A program made the translations under genes and the position numbers. 64,000 nucleotides of DNA from Haplodiscus bocki (taxonomy: Eukaryota). The stretch is from contig OZ296656.1 in the NCBI GenBank assembly GCA_965655095.1, positions 27,838,001-27,902,000 on the forward strand, written 5' to 3'. The notes beneath the pieces were generated by a model. The model saw only the letters and a list, made by a program, of their open reading frames with translations, was not told where the DNA came from and searched no databases. Position 1 is the first letter of the stretch. Each line of letters begins with the position of its first letter. Shown in pieces: positions 1 to 14,474 of the stretch.

Positions 1-1027
1 TCGGTGGTACAAAATCGAGGAATAGCTTCTAAAAAAATTACCGCTCCTCTGCTTTCCGCGTCAACTTTTCAGCTGAGATTGCATTGAAAGCCCATACGGA
101 GGGACATTTTCAACACTTATCCTCGAAATTTTGAATATTTTGTTATCAGATTGCTAATTTTGCCATTTTGCATAATTTTTTGCCAACCAAATCAACTGCA
201 CATCCATCTCAATTAAATGTAGAACTTATTTTTTTTGCGGATGGCTTCAGATTCCTCAAGATCTCGTTGTAAGTTCGTCAAAATATTACTTTGGAGTTCC
301 AGAGATAACCCAAAACTGCTAAAGTATGAAATTTTTGACAGTCTTTGTTCGTTTGTTCTCCAAATCAGTCCTTTGTTTACAATTTTATCAGCTAGGATCC
401 ACCTTTGGCAGTCAAGAAAATTTTGCAGCCTTCGGCAAAAGTCCCATAAGTGTCTTATCAGTTTTTTAACAGATAGAATCTCGTTTCGATAGTTTGCGAA
501 ATTTTCCAGTTATAAGCTTTCTCCGAGGCTTTTTGATTAGTGCTGTTCCGACTCTCCGGAAGTCTGGGGGACTATTTTTTGCCAGCTTTGCGAAGCTCGG
601 CTCCGCCTCTGTGTTAAACTTGCGCAAGCAAGTGATATTCACCGATTTCTGCGGACTTTTTTCCAATTGTTCTCAAATCGCAAAAGTTCCTAGATTTTGA
701 TCAAAATGAAGGGATTGTCCGAGGCTCGAGCCTATGACTTTTCGCGCCTCAGTCGCATGCTCTTTCGACTGTGCCATGGTCGCTTGAGAAAATGTATTTC
801 AATTTAGAATGTCAAGCGAATAAAATATAGCGTTTCTTACTTGTATTCCGTTTGCGGACGTGTTGCGAAGCACAGCCTAATGCCCAGCATCCTTGATGCC
901 TATGTTTTGTTTTCAGAGTCACGTTGAAGTGCATAGCGGTGCAGAAGATTTTAGACCTGGTGATTACGTATAACAAGGATGCGTATTGCGAATAATAGAT
1001 TTTTTCACTGTTGTGGTTGTTTTGCAG

Positions 1028-1173
1028 TGCTGAATTCATCAAAGACGAAAGACAATGAAATAGAACTTAGTTTGCAGATCATGGCCGAGAGTCTCTTTTC
1101 TGTGTGCGTCACTCTCGGCACTGTTCCAATCATTCGTGCTCCTAAACACTCAGCTGCTGAAATGTTGGCTCAA
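1028..1173 (+). CDS. SCFD1: Sly1/SCFD1 (Sec1/Munc18 family) internal exon; upstream exons not identified in the window
   Basis: tttgcag acceptor and gtaagc donor. Encodes ..IMAESLFSVCVTLGTVPIIRAPKHSAAEMLAQ, matching the Sly1 segment SLFCFFVTLGAVPIIRC..AAEMVA. Confidence 0.9.
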
Positions 1174-1881
1174 GTAAGCTACAAAAACTTCTTTTTCAAT
1201 TCCACCAAAACTTCCCTTTTCAATCACCTTGGCCAGCATTATCCCGATCGGATCTTTGCCATTGGTTTGCATTTCCGGGGCGTCCTTTATTCGAGGACGG
1301 CTTATATCTATTACTAATATATCTATATCTAATACTAAATCGAAAAGAGAAAGATGCTTCTAATACAGCCAACTAGAGGTCTCACAGAGAACTGCAGGGA
1401 AGCAAACATTTCGCCAACAATTAACTTTGTAGAAATCTACCAGTCTAGACATGAATCAGGGAATCACTCCGTGTTGGGTAGACGGCTGTTGGCTATATAA
1501 TTTTTTTACTATTAGTTGAAGTTTTAGGTTATGTATTTTTGCAGACTGAAAAAGAAGCTGCTGCGGCTAATAAAGTTCATTTCGACTCGAAAGTGAGGTT
1601 TGTATTCGAGGTGTGGCCTTTATTGGAGGACGGCTCCTATTTGATGGAATACGGTATATTACAGTTTCTTGTATGTGTTTTATTCAAAGATGTCAGGGAA
1701 ATATTTTCAAAATTTTTGGGGAGATTTGTTGGGAAAGAAACTCGGAAATGTTTTTATCGAGTCTCGTACAAGCGATTCTAACTGCTTTGCACCTTATCCA
1801 TCGTCCATCATGTCTCGATCAACTTTCAACATTAACTGTGGAACCAATTTTTGATAATTTATTCGGTCTTTTGTGTTTCAG

Positions 1882-2092
1882 ATGTTGGACAAAAAGTTCC
1901 GTGAGAGTTTGAAAGACACGCGTTCTAATCTGTTTGTGCAGGAGTCTTTCCAGGCAGGCCAGCTGTCTTTCCAAAGACCAGTTCTGATAATACTGGATAG
2001 GAATGTGGACTTGGCCACCCCTCTGCACCACACGTGGACCTACCAGGCTCTGGTGCACGACACACTGGACCTGCATCTGAATAAACTAAGAA
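1882..2092 (+). CDS. SCFD1: Sly1/SCFD1 exon
   Basis: tttcag acceptor and gtgagt donor. Encodes LDKKFRESLKD..FQRPVLIILDRNVDLATPLHHTWTYQALVHD, the hallmark Sec1-family motif. Confidence 0.95.
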
Positions 2093-2701
2093 GTGAGTTT
2101 TGACTATACCCTCTACAGTCTAACGAGAACTCAAAAATTTAACGAAAGCTGATTTTTCAGATGTTTTTTCCCACAAATAATAGCTCATCTGTTTTTGTTC
2201 CTGAAAGCCCACCAACTGAGCTTTCATATGCATACAAAAACAGGAGGAATGTATACGCCTTCGGCGGAGGACAGCGCGGCCCGGTGCCCGGTTGTACCAT
2301 GAATTTACAAGCCACTAGTGCTGCTAGCTGAAGCTTTCGTGAAAAAATCTTTGCTTACAACGCTACTGGAATGGGGCAGCGAGATTTCAGACAGTTGATA
2401 CCTTCTCAGCATTATATTGAACAATTTTGAACATCGTGAAAATAAATAAGTTCTTTCTCACCTTTAGAGCAATGGAAGGAGTTCTTGAAAAAGCAATTTT
2501 TACGTATTTATGAGGCATTGAATAATAATTGCTACCAAGTGAATGAAAAAAGTTTTAGGACTTCGGAAATTTTTAATTTTACGAAGTATTTATAGTGTTA
2601 CTACTCGGGTTTTGTTTTCTAAAACGCTTTTTCGTACGACATTTTGCGACCTCGTCCGAAACGGGGAATTTTGTGCGAAATTTAAGAAATTGAAAACTTT
2701 C

Positions 2702-2930
2702 AAAACGCAAAAGCTGCGTGGGAGTACAGAGGAGACCATACGGTCCATCATGGTAGCGGTGAAAGTGCGCAAATCAAAATTTTTTTTGTCCCCCAGTTAA
2801 AATGCTTGGATTTTCGTGCGACATTTGAAGAAAGTTTCTTCGAAAAACGTAGCAAAGCTGCGTGGGAGTACAGAAGCGGCCTTACGCATCATAGTAGAAG
2901 TGAGAGCGCAAATGAAAAAAGTCAAAATTT
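2702..2930. repeat. Diverged direct repeat, two copies about 140 bp apart, intronic
   Basis: aaagctgcgtgggagtacaga occurs at ~2710 and ~2854 with similar downstream sequence. Confidence 0.6.
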
Positions 2931-3139
2931 TCCGAAGTCCTATCCGCCTTGCTCGGATATGTGGCAACTGAGTGAAGCGTCTGACCTTAACAGTTCATTG
3001 CAATCGTCTCTGAAAGTCGCGATTGCGTAATTTGTGACTACTAATGCCAGAAAAGTGTCAGTGATAACTGTGGGATAACTGTATGAAAATTGTCAAGTTA
3101 GTGAGTTCATTGATTGATTTGGCCTTCTCTTTCATTTAG

Positions 3140-3501
3140 TCAGTGAAGGAACGGGAAAGCCAACAAGGAACCACGACTTGGGTCCTCACGACAAATTTTG
3201 GATGGAACAGAAGGGCAACCCTTTCCCGAATGTGGCAGAATCAATTCAACAATCACTGGAAGACTACAAAGCTTCAGAGGGAGAAGTGACGGCATTGAAA
3301 GCTCAAATGGGATTGGACGACGAGGCTGGAGACATCGCTGCCGAACTCGTCTCGGATAACACTGCACTGCTGGCCAATGCGGTGAATAGTCTTCCCGAGT
3401 TACTGGAGAGGAAAAAGAATATCAATCTGCATATGAATATTGCAACTGCCGTTTTGGAACAAGTCAAAACCAGAAAGCTCGATCAGTTTTTCGAAAGCGA
3501 A
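3140..3501 (+). CDS. SCFD1: Sly1/SCFD1 exon
   Basis: tttag acceptor (phase 1 fits the previous exon) and gttagt donor. Encodes DKFW..KGNPFPNVAESIQQSLEDY..AVNSLPELLERKKNINLHMNIATAVL. Confidence 0.95.
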
Positions 3502-4368
3502 GTTAGTAATCCTGGAGCTTGCCATTTTTTCTCGGGCTACAGTTGTCTTTCCGTTCGTTGGGTATAGTTGTTCATTACCCAATTTTTTTGAAAGCGAAAC
3601 TTTTTGCTATTGACGTTTCTGATATACCTCGTGCACCTAAAGACTTGTTAAAGTGAGTCAAAAGGCTTTTTAGAGGAGTGAATTTCATCTCAATAATAAT
3701 TTTCAAAGTGGTTCGGCGATGAGTTCGTCGTAAACGTGAATCACTATGACATTTTTGTTGTCCCGATACAATTCATTTAACTTGGGGTTGATGCTTCAAT
3801 TAATTCGGTTTTCTTTGGTTGATTCAGTAGTGGTGGAATTTTGATGACTAAAAAAACGCTTGTGTTCAAAATTTGTCCTGTAGTTCCCACCAGTTCAATA
3901 TGTTCTTCGATTAGCTCCACAGATTTGCGTTGCTCCAAAAACAATAAGATTCCTTCAATCTTGTGAAATAGCATTTTTACACATTCTGACTGAATGAAGA
4001 ATGTGTAAGGGAAACCGGCTTATTCTTAATTTTTGAAATTCTGTCGAAATCTTGCATTTTTTGACTTCATGAGAGAGTCTAGTCATTAAGTGTGAACGTT
4101 CAAAAACGGTCTTTTTCTGGCAGGTACTTTCCCATTTTTGCGTTGTTTACTGTGTAAACTTCTTGGGCAGCAAATTAGCGTAACGTGAAATGACATCTCT
4201 AACATATCAATTTTTTGACTAAGACAGTTTGGAATGAACTTCTTGTTCAGTTTTGCATGTTTTTTACTCTGCAAACTTCTGGAACATTGGGCGGCAAAAT
4301 GAGGTATTTAAAAAAACATGATTGACTTATCGATTTATCGGGTATGAAGCTTTGTGACAGGAACTTGT

Positions 4369-4472
4369 CTCAATTTCACTTTTTCGAACAAACTCTTGTT
4401 GGACAGCTGGTGTAATAATTCTCAATTTCACTTTTTCGAACAAACTCTTGTTGGACAGCTGGTGTAATAATT
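4369..4472. repeat. Exact 52-bp tandem duplication within a dispersed repeat (related single copy at ~11750-11900)
   Basis: ctcaatttcactttttcgaacaaactcttgttggacagctggtgtaataatt occurs twice. The flanks align with 11752-11900. Confidence 0.85.
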
Positions 4473-7400
4473 CCTAAAAGTGTCAGTCTCATAGATCATG
4501 GTTTCAAGTGTCTTTCGGGATCACTGATCTCACCTGAAAAGTCTGCTTGTGTTGCGCATTTCCGCATCGCCTCTGTGTTACTTTTTCCTTGAATAGGTGC
4601 AAGTTGTCATTATTTTTTTGACCTGGTCTTTGATCTTGGGTACCAATGAACTGTTGTGTTTGTTTCTATCGATGATGAAGCCTAAAACATATTGGAGAGA
4701 ACGAGATCCCAAAGAGATTGTGTCATGGTGTTGTGGGAATTGCCTCGCTGACCGGTTTCGGTTATTTTTCAAAATGAGCCGATCTGTTCCGATTTTTTTT
4801 TACTGGAAATTGGGTTGTTCTCACCTGGATTTTGAGTTTCTAGGTTAGTCGAAAATCTCAGGGGTTATTCGTTGTCACTGATTGGGCTGCCATTTTCGTT
4901 ACAACCATGTTTACTGAGATTTGGTGATAAACGTTGTAGGCTCAATGAAGTCAGTCGAAGTTGTCTCCGATAATTCGGTTATTCCCGATGAGACGTTATC
5001 GTAGACAATGTTTTTACCCGGTGCTTTTATGGAAAAAATTTCACCCTATTAATTACGTTGCTTTTAATTTTGTTTTTACTCGGACATCGAAATTTATCAT
5101 GTATAAGAATTTCTAGGGTACCCGTTAATTTCAGGACCATAATTACAGACCAAGAACGCGAAAACACTTTATTTGCAGGAAAAAAAGTTGGGACCTCCGA
5201 TCCTAATTCTTTTTCGTAGGACTGCCTTACTTAAACTACGGGTTTAAAAGGAATTTTTCTGAACTAAAGACTTTCTCAGGCAATGTAAATGTCGTACCTA
5301 AAAGTTCATCTTGCAAATTTTCAATTTTCCACAAAATTTTGGACAATTTCCAAAATATTGTGACTGTTTTGCAGAGAAAAATCTGATCTCACTACTTGTC
5401 GGTAAAGCTACGATCTTGCAGAAAACAAAGGACCCGAATAGGTATTTTGAGCCTTTCGGGTGGCGTCGATGCGGTCGTTCTGGGCTCGTCTTTCGTTCTG
5501 ATGACTCTGAATTTGCATATCACCAATTTGAGATCCAGCGTTGTGAAGTTTTTTTCTGTTCTCAGAGTAATTCACAAATGCAGTTGATAGTTCGCATCCA
5601 AAAAGCTGAAAATTTATTCGTTTATTACTTAATTACACTTGACCCTGTTTTACAATTGCGAGTCGAGCGAAGCAAGTGCATTACGGTCGACGTGTCCCTT
5701 TTTTCTACTTTCTGAGTTTCTGAAAACAATCCAAGATTTGAAAGCGTTCTGATGTTGGTGTTGTTCGAACCTGCAGCCTTTGGCTCGGGAACCGTTTGGA
5801 TTACAGATTGCGCCATCTACTCCGGAAAGATTACAGACATCATGCGTGTAAGTATGTTACAGCTACGCTTCTTACGTATTGTGGTTACGAATAATTTGAA
5901 CGTGTGTCTTTAGATACTACCGATCGAATTGTTACCGTTTTATGATTTTCTAAAGAGTTACGGGTCGGAAAGTGAAAGGGACTCCCTTTTTGATGATTTC
6001 CCCCTCGAAAGATCCTTAGTTGTAATTAGAAAATTGGTAGTGTTATCACTTGCGTTATTTGAAACTTTTTTCCCATCCAGCACCGATCCAACTTTTCAGC
6101 CACTAGTTTTTCTGCGAAGTAGGTAGGATAGTATTTTTTCAATTCTTTTTTTGAAAAGTTTCGACTTGAAATTGAACTCTCATAATTGTTTTTCGTTGTT
6201 CAAATCTTTTTTTCTCGTTGATTTTTGGTCGTATTTGGTCTATCTAGGGTTGATTCTGCTAAATATACTTTGAAGGGTCTCCAAGGAGGCTTGAATAGTG
6301 GGTCTTGTCATTTGCGGAAAATCTTGGCTTGAAGTTGGAAATCCAGGACGTGTTTTTTCCGTTGTTTGTTGTATTTTTTCATGTGATTTTTTGTCATGTT
6401 CGGTGCATAAACGGTTGATTCAACTACTTGCAGCCGAGACGTTCTTTGGAGTAGCCTGGATGGTTTATTTGGAAAGATTTTTCGGAAACGTCCTCACTTG
6501 TTATTGAAAAATCGAAGAGTGTGTTTCTTGTTGTTCGTTGAAACCGTTGTCCTGAACGACTAGGTTTCGGATGGGGAACATCACTCGCTGAATCAACTAA
6601 TCATGGTCCCGAGGTTTTGCGAAAGAGCTTGATCGACTTGTTTTTAATGTTATGTCGACAAAGGTGGATTGAAAACGGGTCAAGCTAGGTTTAAATAACT
6701 GAATAATTCTAGAAGTTTTTACTTTAGTTGTTTGTTAGTTTTTTTAGCTGATATTTGGTCGGATTGAGTCCTTCTAGGAATGATTCAACTCCTTGCGGCT
6801 TAAAAGTTTGCTGGAGCAGCTGGATATTGTGCTATGTATTTATATTGCAATAAATTTGAACTTAAAACTGATTGAAAAATTGAAGATGTTCTCTTTGCTT
6901 TGTTCGTAAAACTTGTCGTCTCACTGCTAAGCGGTTGTTTTGCGTACACTTTGGTCTCTTTGCAATCCTCCGTTTTGGATCTTTGATTGAAAAGAGTGAA
7001 AGGTGTATTTTATTTCTCTTACGAGTGTTCGTAATTTGTAATTGACTAACTTCACGGGTTTTCTTTCGCATGAAATTAATGTTCCTTACGGCCATTTGTT
7101 TGGGTGCGCTCATCCAGAGTTATTTCCCGCCATATTCATAAAATGTGGAAAGGAAAATCGTTGCTTCAAATGTAACTTTCTTCACCCGATGTTTGCCCAT
7201 TGAGTTCACGTTTCTGAACATGGAAGTTTTCTTCACGAAATTGTAGCACATTTTCCTTAGATTGCGACTGAAATAATAGAATTTCTCGAAACGAACCAAA
7301 TGTTTTTTTTGAAAGAATTGAGCGTCTTTTTCGGAAAAAATCCGTGAATTTTTACGAAATCGCAAATTGTGGCACTTTTTTTGTAGAATAGGTTTCAAAT

Positions 7401-8549
7401 GGTATGATTTCCTAGAAATGTCTTTTCCACTTCAATTGTGAGGTTATTTGGTTGAAGTTCAAAAGTTTTCCAAAACTTGGAAAAATTAGATGATCTGATG
7501 AAGACACAGTATTTCGAAAAGAACGCTTTACTGTTCTAAAAAGGCATCTTTACCTATATGGGAGGGCGAAAATTTAGCTGGTGGTAGCTGGCCGTCTTGT
7601 TTCTTTTTTCTGCGAAAATTTGCCGGATAGAAGACACCATTCTTTTTCTACTTGTCCCGCTGAATGTCCGAATATTCGAAAGGAGAAGCCAAGAGCTCTT
7701 GTTTTGCATCTTCACTCAAAAATATACATCTTGGAGACTATTGGTCAGATTGTGCGGACCCAGCACTCAATCGGCTAACTGCTGCCTCAAGGGTTGGTGG
7801 AATGTTGTCAGTGATTGTCGATTTTGATAGTTTTTCTGTTGATAAGTTTTTCAACTGTACAGAATCGCACACTTTCGCGCAGTTTCGACAGGTTTCGCAC
7901 TGAAGATTTTCTTTATGCTCTTCAAACTTTACTCAATTCACACCGGTGTTTTTGCGTGGGTTTCGACCCCATCGTGTTCATTCTGAATGTGGCGGCAGCA
8001 TCATTTAAAGTCATAGAAAATCTGTTGTTTTTTTGGAAGCGACAGTGCATTGTGATATATGTGTGCGTCATGTCTTTGGTTTCTAAAATATCTTTTCTGT
8101 TTTAAATCAGTTTTGCAAGTGTTTGCGAAGCCCAGCTTCCCACTTTTGTTAGACGTGAGCGGTCGACGCTTCCCATTTCCACTCTTCTATTGATAGAATT
8201 TTCTCCGACACCTTAGTGTTCCGAAATTTTGTCAATTCTCTTGGGATGCGAACGCGCGGCCTTTGACTGCGGACGCATTGGTTCTACGGAATGTGCCATC
8301 CACTCTTGCGGGCTAACACATATCAGTTGTGTAAATAAAGGTCGATTACAGCTGCGTTTCTGGGGAAATTAAAAAGTAATTCATGAGTAATTCAAACGTT
8401 ATTTTTTTGACTATCCATCGGATGGCGACCGTTTTCAAATCATGTCTGAAGGTTTTGTTAAGTGATATTAAGTTCTTTTTTCACATTTTTGCCCCGAAAT
8501 TTTTTAATGCTTCTATTGAGGAATTTAAAAATCTTTATTGCGTTATTTG

Positions 8550-8940
8550 TTGAAGCTGTTGTTCTCGATCACTGATGCTCAGATGGGTTCAGTACGGCGG
8601 TGGTTCACCTACTCGTGGTGTGGAGTTTTTGCGGAGTTGATTCGATTGTATATGTTATCATATTGTTGCAATTCTTGACTTATATTTGAAATGTCGAAAT
8701 TGTTTTCAACTTTGTACTGTTTTCCTCGACTACTAGTAGTAAGATAGGATCCATACAACGATGGTTCAACTAATCGTGGCGTGGATATCCTGCGGAGTTG
8801 TTTCGATGCTGTATGTTACGGTATTGTATCAATGTTTCTTGACTTCTGTTTGAAAAGTCGAAAATGCTTTTGTTAACTTTGTCGGTAAAAGCTGTTTTTC
8901 TTAGTGACTGGGGGTGGAAGTTGATTCATGTAGCACTGAT
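8550..8940. repeat. Diverged tandem repeat, unit about 160 bp
   Basis: tggttca..ctcgtgg..tgcggagttg..ttcttgactt..gtcgaaa..aactttgt occurs twice. Confidence 0.6.
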
Positions 8941-11900
8941 TTAAGTACTAGGCGCCAGTCGGTTATAGGGTAATAGCTAAAATGGTTTATTTTGAACGTT
9001 TCAATGTGAAATGATTGGACTTGCGTTCCAAAATTGAAAGATGTTGTCACCTTGCGTAATTCGTTTAAGCTGTTCAGAAATCGGTACTGGTGTGACTCGG
9101 TGTACCCAGTGCCAGTTCAACTATTCGTTGTTTATTGCTTTCGAGGAGTACTGGCCATGGGTTTTTAAAAATGTTATCGCGAACTATATTGACCTCGGTT
9201 GGAATTATCGAAGCTGTTTCCTAATGATAGTTTTTCACTTTTGCTTCCCCTTTTGGCTCGTTCGCCTTCGTTTTACCCAACCTACATAAATGCTGAATTA
9301 CTTGTTGTCTTAATTTTTTCGGAACACCTGAACTTGTTTTAGGAAAACACGATTTCCTTTGGCGTCTCGTTGGAAAGTAATTAGATTGTGTTCATCCCAC
9401 GTTGCGTAGACTTTCCGCTGCATAGAGGCTCTACGTAGTATAAAGGTTAATCTGCTCCATCCTCTGCGAAAACATTGGAATCGTATGTCCTGTTTCGTTT
9501 TTACCGAGATATGAATAAATTTACAATTTGAATTGAGATTTTTTTGTTGTGTGGCGTTCTCCTGGTGACTATGGATTGTTTTCATTTAGCCCTAACCTCA
9601 ATGTTTCGGAAATGATTTTAAGTAAGATTGTATTGAATAGCTACCTTGTGTAATTCGTTCCCAGTTTTCTGTGATTTTCGCTACAGATTAGGTTCAATAA
9701 TAAAGTGAACAGTTTTCGTCGATGGGCACTACAGTCGGAGCTGTTTGTCGCCTTGGCTGCAGTTTTTTTCGAAGCGCTGCTTCGCTGCTGTGCGATGGAC
9801 TTGCTACAGGCAAATGTTGGATAGGATCTTTAACCTCATCTCTGATTCGTTGAAAACTCGCTTCGGTTTTTCATCTGTTCGTAGGTACGCTGGTTTAAAT
9901 TTGGAGGGAAATTGATGGCTTCGTTTGATTCCTGAGCCTGCTTTGCTTTGCAAATGCCGCCATTGAGTTAAAAAATTTGTTGAACGAGTTCGGACTGAAC
10001 TGTCAATTGCGTTTAAATGAATAATTCTTCTAGTGGCTCCATATTTGATACTTGACTGAAAAGCCTGATCTTTTCCGTTCACATTTTGTACTTTGTTCTT
10101 TGGGTTTTAAACTTCCACTGTCAGTTGAAACAGCTCCATTATCGGAAATCTGTTAAGTAGCAGGGGTGTCATATTTACTACTGACGAAATAACTTGAACT
10201 GCTTTTTGGAAGTCGAAATCTTTTTTATTGCGTCTTTCAAACTTTTCTCAATGGCTACTAGCCCCTGGATGTCATCCACTGCTTTTTCGAAATACAGGAA
10301 CCTTGAAAATCTGCGGAGAATCAGGGATGACCGATTTACTAGCTTTTCACGCAAGGTATCCTGACTTGTACTTCGAATATGTGAAATGTTGTTCTTTCGT
10401 CTTCAAAATTGTTTTTCTCAGAGTGCTTGTTGGAATGCGGCCATCGAGTCATCTTTCGGGAGACCGTAATATATAGAATGTGGGAAGAAGCCAAGATGTG
10501 CGTTTTCATTTTTTTCCTACGAAACATGACCTGTTTTTTTTTTAATTTGGTGCACATAGGCGAAAACTGCTTCTTTGCGCTGTTTTCTGTGGAAATTTTC
10601 TGAACGTTGGGCCGGAAAAATGCGTAACCTGAGAAACACTTTATCTGTTTTTTGCACTAGTGTTAGCAAGTGGTTTAACACGGAGGCGGTGGTGATTTTC
10701 TCCGACCCTGGACAACAGTTTTGCTCGGAATTGGAATTGCATTAATTGTTTGTGGGCCCTTAGTTTCGCGTTTTCGAGAGATTTTCGCACATTCTGCCCT
10801 GTGAATGAAAATAGCAGCTACGATTACAGCCAAATCAATTGAAAGTGTACAGTTTTCAGGAGTGTTTTCATTTTTGTTGTTTGGAACCCGAAGTTTTGTG
10901 TGATATTTCAGAATTGTTTTCTGGAAAACCAATGGGTGGATTGCCGCTATCCAGTAGTCATTTGAAAGCCTGCATTATGAAGAATATGTGAAAAAGCTGG
11001 CATGTCTCGTTTCATACATTTCTTGTGTACATTTCTCATTGAAGTTAGAACTTGGAATTTGTTTTACTTGCGTCATTCTTCAAAATTGTTTTTAAGACTA
11101 CTTGTTGGACTTTGGCTATTCAGTACTGATTGAAAACTCACAATAAGAATTTGCGAAGCAGGTTGGTCACATTCCTTGGCTTGCGTACTCTACGCATGAA
11201 GTATTTTGACAGGTTATTTATAAGTCGGAGAATTATTGCTTTCGTATTTTTTCATCAAATTTTTTTTGTCGAAGACCATGGCTTGGATTCGAACACATTC
11301 GGAAGTTATCAAAATGGAAATTCTGCTGAGTGCCTTAGATGTCCTATATCAAGCCTCTTATGCGTTACTTCTTCACCTGTATTTTGGATTCGGATTTTTT
11401 ACTTGCTTTTTTTTCAAAATCTTTTCTCGAAGAATACTGGTTAGACGGCGGTCATCTAGTGCCTCATTTGATATCTATTCAGTGGGATTGCTTTTGAACG
11501 TCTATATTTTTATTTTCCGGCTGAGTTTTCCTGGAAAAGTTGCGAAAACGAAAGTTTCAGAAGAATCAAATGATCAGTTTTAGTCGTTTTGGAGATTAGT
11601 CGATGCCCTTCCTCACCTTTGTCGCAAGTGTATGCAAAACATAGCTTCGCCTCTGTGTTAATTTTGAGACAGTATGGCAGGTTTATGTTCTTTTCCACCT
11701 TTACTATGGAAGTTTCTTTGGCCTGCAAAATGGCGTAACCTGAAAAGAGATGATTGACATATCAACTTATCGAGTATGAAGCCCGGTGACAGCAACTTGT
11801 CTCAGTTTCACTTTTTCGAATAGACTCTTGTTGGACGCTGGTTTAGTATTTCTAAAAGTGTCAATTTCATCTCAAGTCATGGTTTCAAATGTCTTTCGGG

Positions 11901-12861
11901 ACAAGCCAGAAGTTCAGCTGCCCCTCTGTTTTCGAAGTTTTCCGCGGAGACTACCGGTTGGATTGCGAACATCCAAAGCTCATTGAAAAGCTCGCGTTAT
12001 GGAAATTTTGCGAAGAAACAGTCAAGTCCAGTTTTGTACTTTTCTAATGGACTATTTTTACTTTTTATTGTAATTCAACTATCTGTTAGCATGCGTCTTC
12101 AAACTTGTTTCTCCAAAAAAAGACTATTGGTTGGATTCCGGCTATCCACTGCTCAACTGGAATCCTGATTAATAGAATTTTTGCTGTTTAGCAGCTGTAA
12201 AGTTCTCTTTGTAACGTTTGGTCAATACGAAAACTTCACAGGGCAAGAGATCAAATAGTCGATGCCGTTTTTTTCGTCGCAAGTGTATGAGAAACGCATC
12301 TTTGTCTCTGTGTAGTTCAACTGAACTGATTAATAAAATGAACAACCGACTGCTTTCAATGACATTTAGTCCGTGTGTGTCAAGATTTGAAATGATGTGG
12401 TTTTTTACAGCTCGTGAAAACGTTTGAAGAAACTTTCCGAATTCATGATTTTCTACTTTTGCTTTTTACAAGGCAATAGTGAAAGTGGGAATTTTTTGCG
12501 AAAACTTCATCGAATTTTCAACAAGTTATTAGTTTATCTAGCCATTTTTAATTGGACAGGTTTCGTTTTTATGTTCGAGAAACTTTTTGTGGTCGATTCT
12601 CAACGGATAAAGATTTTCTCGGTTGTAGGCTAAATGGATCTTCGTATGCAAATTCGATAGCTACATTTTCGGATTTTTTCCCGGAAATGACTCAACTGTT
12701 TCAGTGTTTTCCTGTTTGAGCCTGATTTTGAGAATAAAATGGAAGTCTATTTTGGACGAAATGGTTTTTTTATTTTGGAAAGTTTTTTCCGAAAATCTGC
12801 ACTGATTTTCCTCGATAATTTTAGTCTTCAACAATACAAAAGTGATAGAGGCGAATTTCAG

Positions 12862-13254
12862 GAGAAGATTCTGAGCAAAGGAGCAGCCTCTCTGGAGAAA
12901 CCTCTGAGTCACTTCCTTCAAGACAGTGAACTGGATGCTGAAGACAAAGTGAGACTCTTCATCATCTACCTGTTGACTAGACAGAGCAATGACGAACAGC
13001 AGGGAGGTCTTTCAAGTGCCGAAATTGACTCCTACTGTGCCGAACTGGAAGCTGCCGGGTGTGACACGAGACCAGTGGCCTACATCCGCAAGTGGATATC
13101 CGTCAACAGTATGAGTGGGGGCATTGCATCGAAAAGTAAACAGCTGTACACAGGGGGAGGCAATATTGGATCTGCCAAAATGTTCTCAAATCTTCTGTCT
13201 CAGGGCTCTCAGTTTGTAATGGAAGGAGTAAAAAATTTTGTGCTTACTCACAGG
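12862..13254 (+). CDS. SCFD1: Sly1/SCFD1 exon, after a 9.36-kb intron
   Basis: tttcag acceptor and gttagt donor. Encodes EKILSK..EDKVRLFIIYLL..GSQFVMEGVKNFVL, continuing in phase 0 from ..FFESE. Confidence 0.93.
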
Positions 13255-14071
13255 GTTAGTGTTTCTACGAGAATGAATACGAATAGTAGGTACGAATATA
13301 TTGCATAACTCGGTAATTTCAAAATCGAAAGATCATTCTCAGGTATCTAGTTTTACGATGCTTAAGCTAAGTTTTATGACAACTTGGTCATGTAGGATCC
13401 AAAGTAATGCAAGTCATTAAAAGTGTGTTTCATTCTTACAGCAACATACTTGTAGTGACTGAGGATTCCATTCCATCTGACTGGATTCCATTTCTCGCTG
13501 AATTAAAAGTTTTCAATTGAAGTTTTTGAAATTGACAATAGAAAGTGAGAACACTGTGAAAAAGTGTTGTCGTGGAAACAGTTAATAGAAGTTTTGGTGA
13601 ATCTTCAGTGAAAGCGTTTTCCGCGATTAGTAAATTATTGCAGAGAAAAACTCAAAAATAATCAAGTTGAGTTTATATTCTCTGAGATGAAAACGTGTGT
13701 GAAAAGTTAACGTTTGTAGGGAATTATTTTTGCCCGCTTGTATCCGTTTCCTTACGGGCATTTCTAACATTTTGTTCTAACAAATTATTGACGCTGAATT
13801 GGCAAATTCACACAACACGTATTCGCTGGAATTACGCTGTTTGTTGTACTCCGTGTTTTCGAATGGCACTGTTTGCAGGTAAACATTGCGCTGTATCGTT
13901 GAGAAAATTCGGTTATTTTGCTTAATTCTACGCAATCTTCCAAGTTTTGGAAAAATTAATGACAGGAAAATGCAAATTGCATTGGTCGAAAATTGTTCGG
14001 ATGAAATTGTTTGTACCTTTATTTGTTCTGTGTGGATTGCATTCAAATGGTGATTTTCTTTGTATGTTTAG

Positions 14072-14320
14072 AAGTTGCCCGTGACGCGAATAGTTCAGAA
14101 TTTGATGGACAACAAGAGTGGACTGGGCAACGAAGTGGATGAGTACGAGTACTTTGACCCCAAGGTAGTCAAGAGTGGCCTCGGGGGAGGGGACATGGAC
14201 AGCGGTAGCAGTACGCAGCACATCCCCCGCACCAAAAATCCTTTCACCGAGTCCATCGTGTTTGTTGTTGGCGGAGGAAATTACGTGGAGTTCCAGAACC
14301 TCATCGACTTGTTCAACAAT
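14072..14320 (+). CDS. SCFD1: Sly1/SCFD1 exon
   Basis: tttag acceptor and gtaaaa donor. Encodes LPVTRIVQNLM..YFDPK..PFTESIVFVVGGGNYVEFQNL. Confidence 0.95.
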
Positions 14321-14405
14321 GTAAAAATTTTACGCCTGAACTCCGCCTTTTTTGTGTGATGATGACTAGAACGATAAATTAAATGTATGATTTATTTTTT
14401 TTCAG

Positions 14406-14474
14406 TCCAAAAATGGGAAGAAAATAGTTTATGGATGTACAGAATTGTCAAATGGGAAAGATTTTTTGAAACAG
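14406..14474 (+). CDS. SCFD1: Sly1/SCFD1 short exon (not in the ORF track)
   Basis: ttttcag acceptor and gttcgt donor. Encodes SKNGKKIVYGCTELSNGKDFLKQ (Sly1 consensus ILYGCSEL). Confidence 0.9.

Noticed and set aside
4369-4472. Repeats as a CRISPR-like array
   Set aside because: Simple head-to-tail duplication with no spacers, eukaryotic intronic context, and no cas genes.
3502-12861. Many 60-130-aa ORFs in the SCFD1 intron, and similar ORFs at 14800-19500, 20000-23400 and 51300-62000
   Set aside because: No recognisable motifs. Some stretches look like very old decayed mobile-element coding sequence, but I cannot assign a family.
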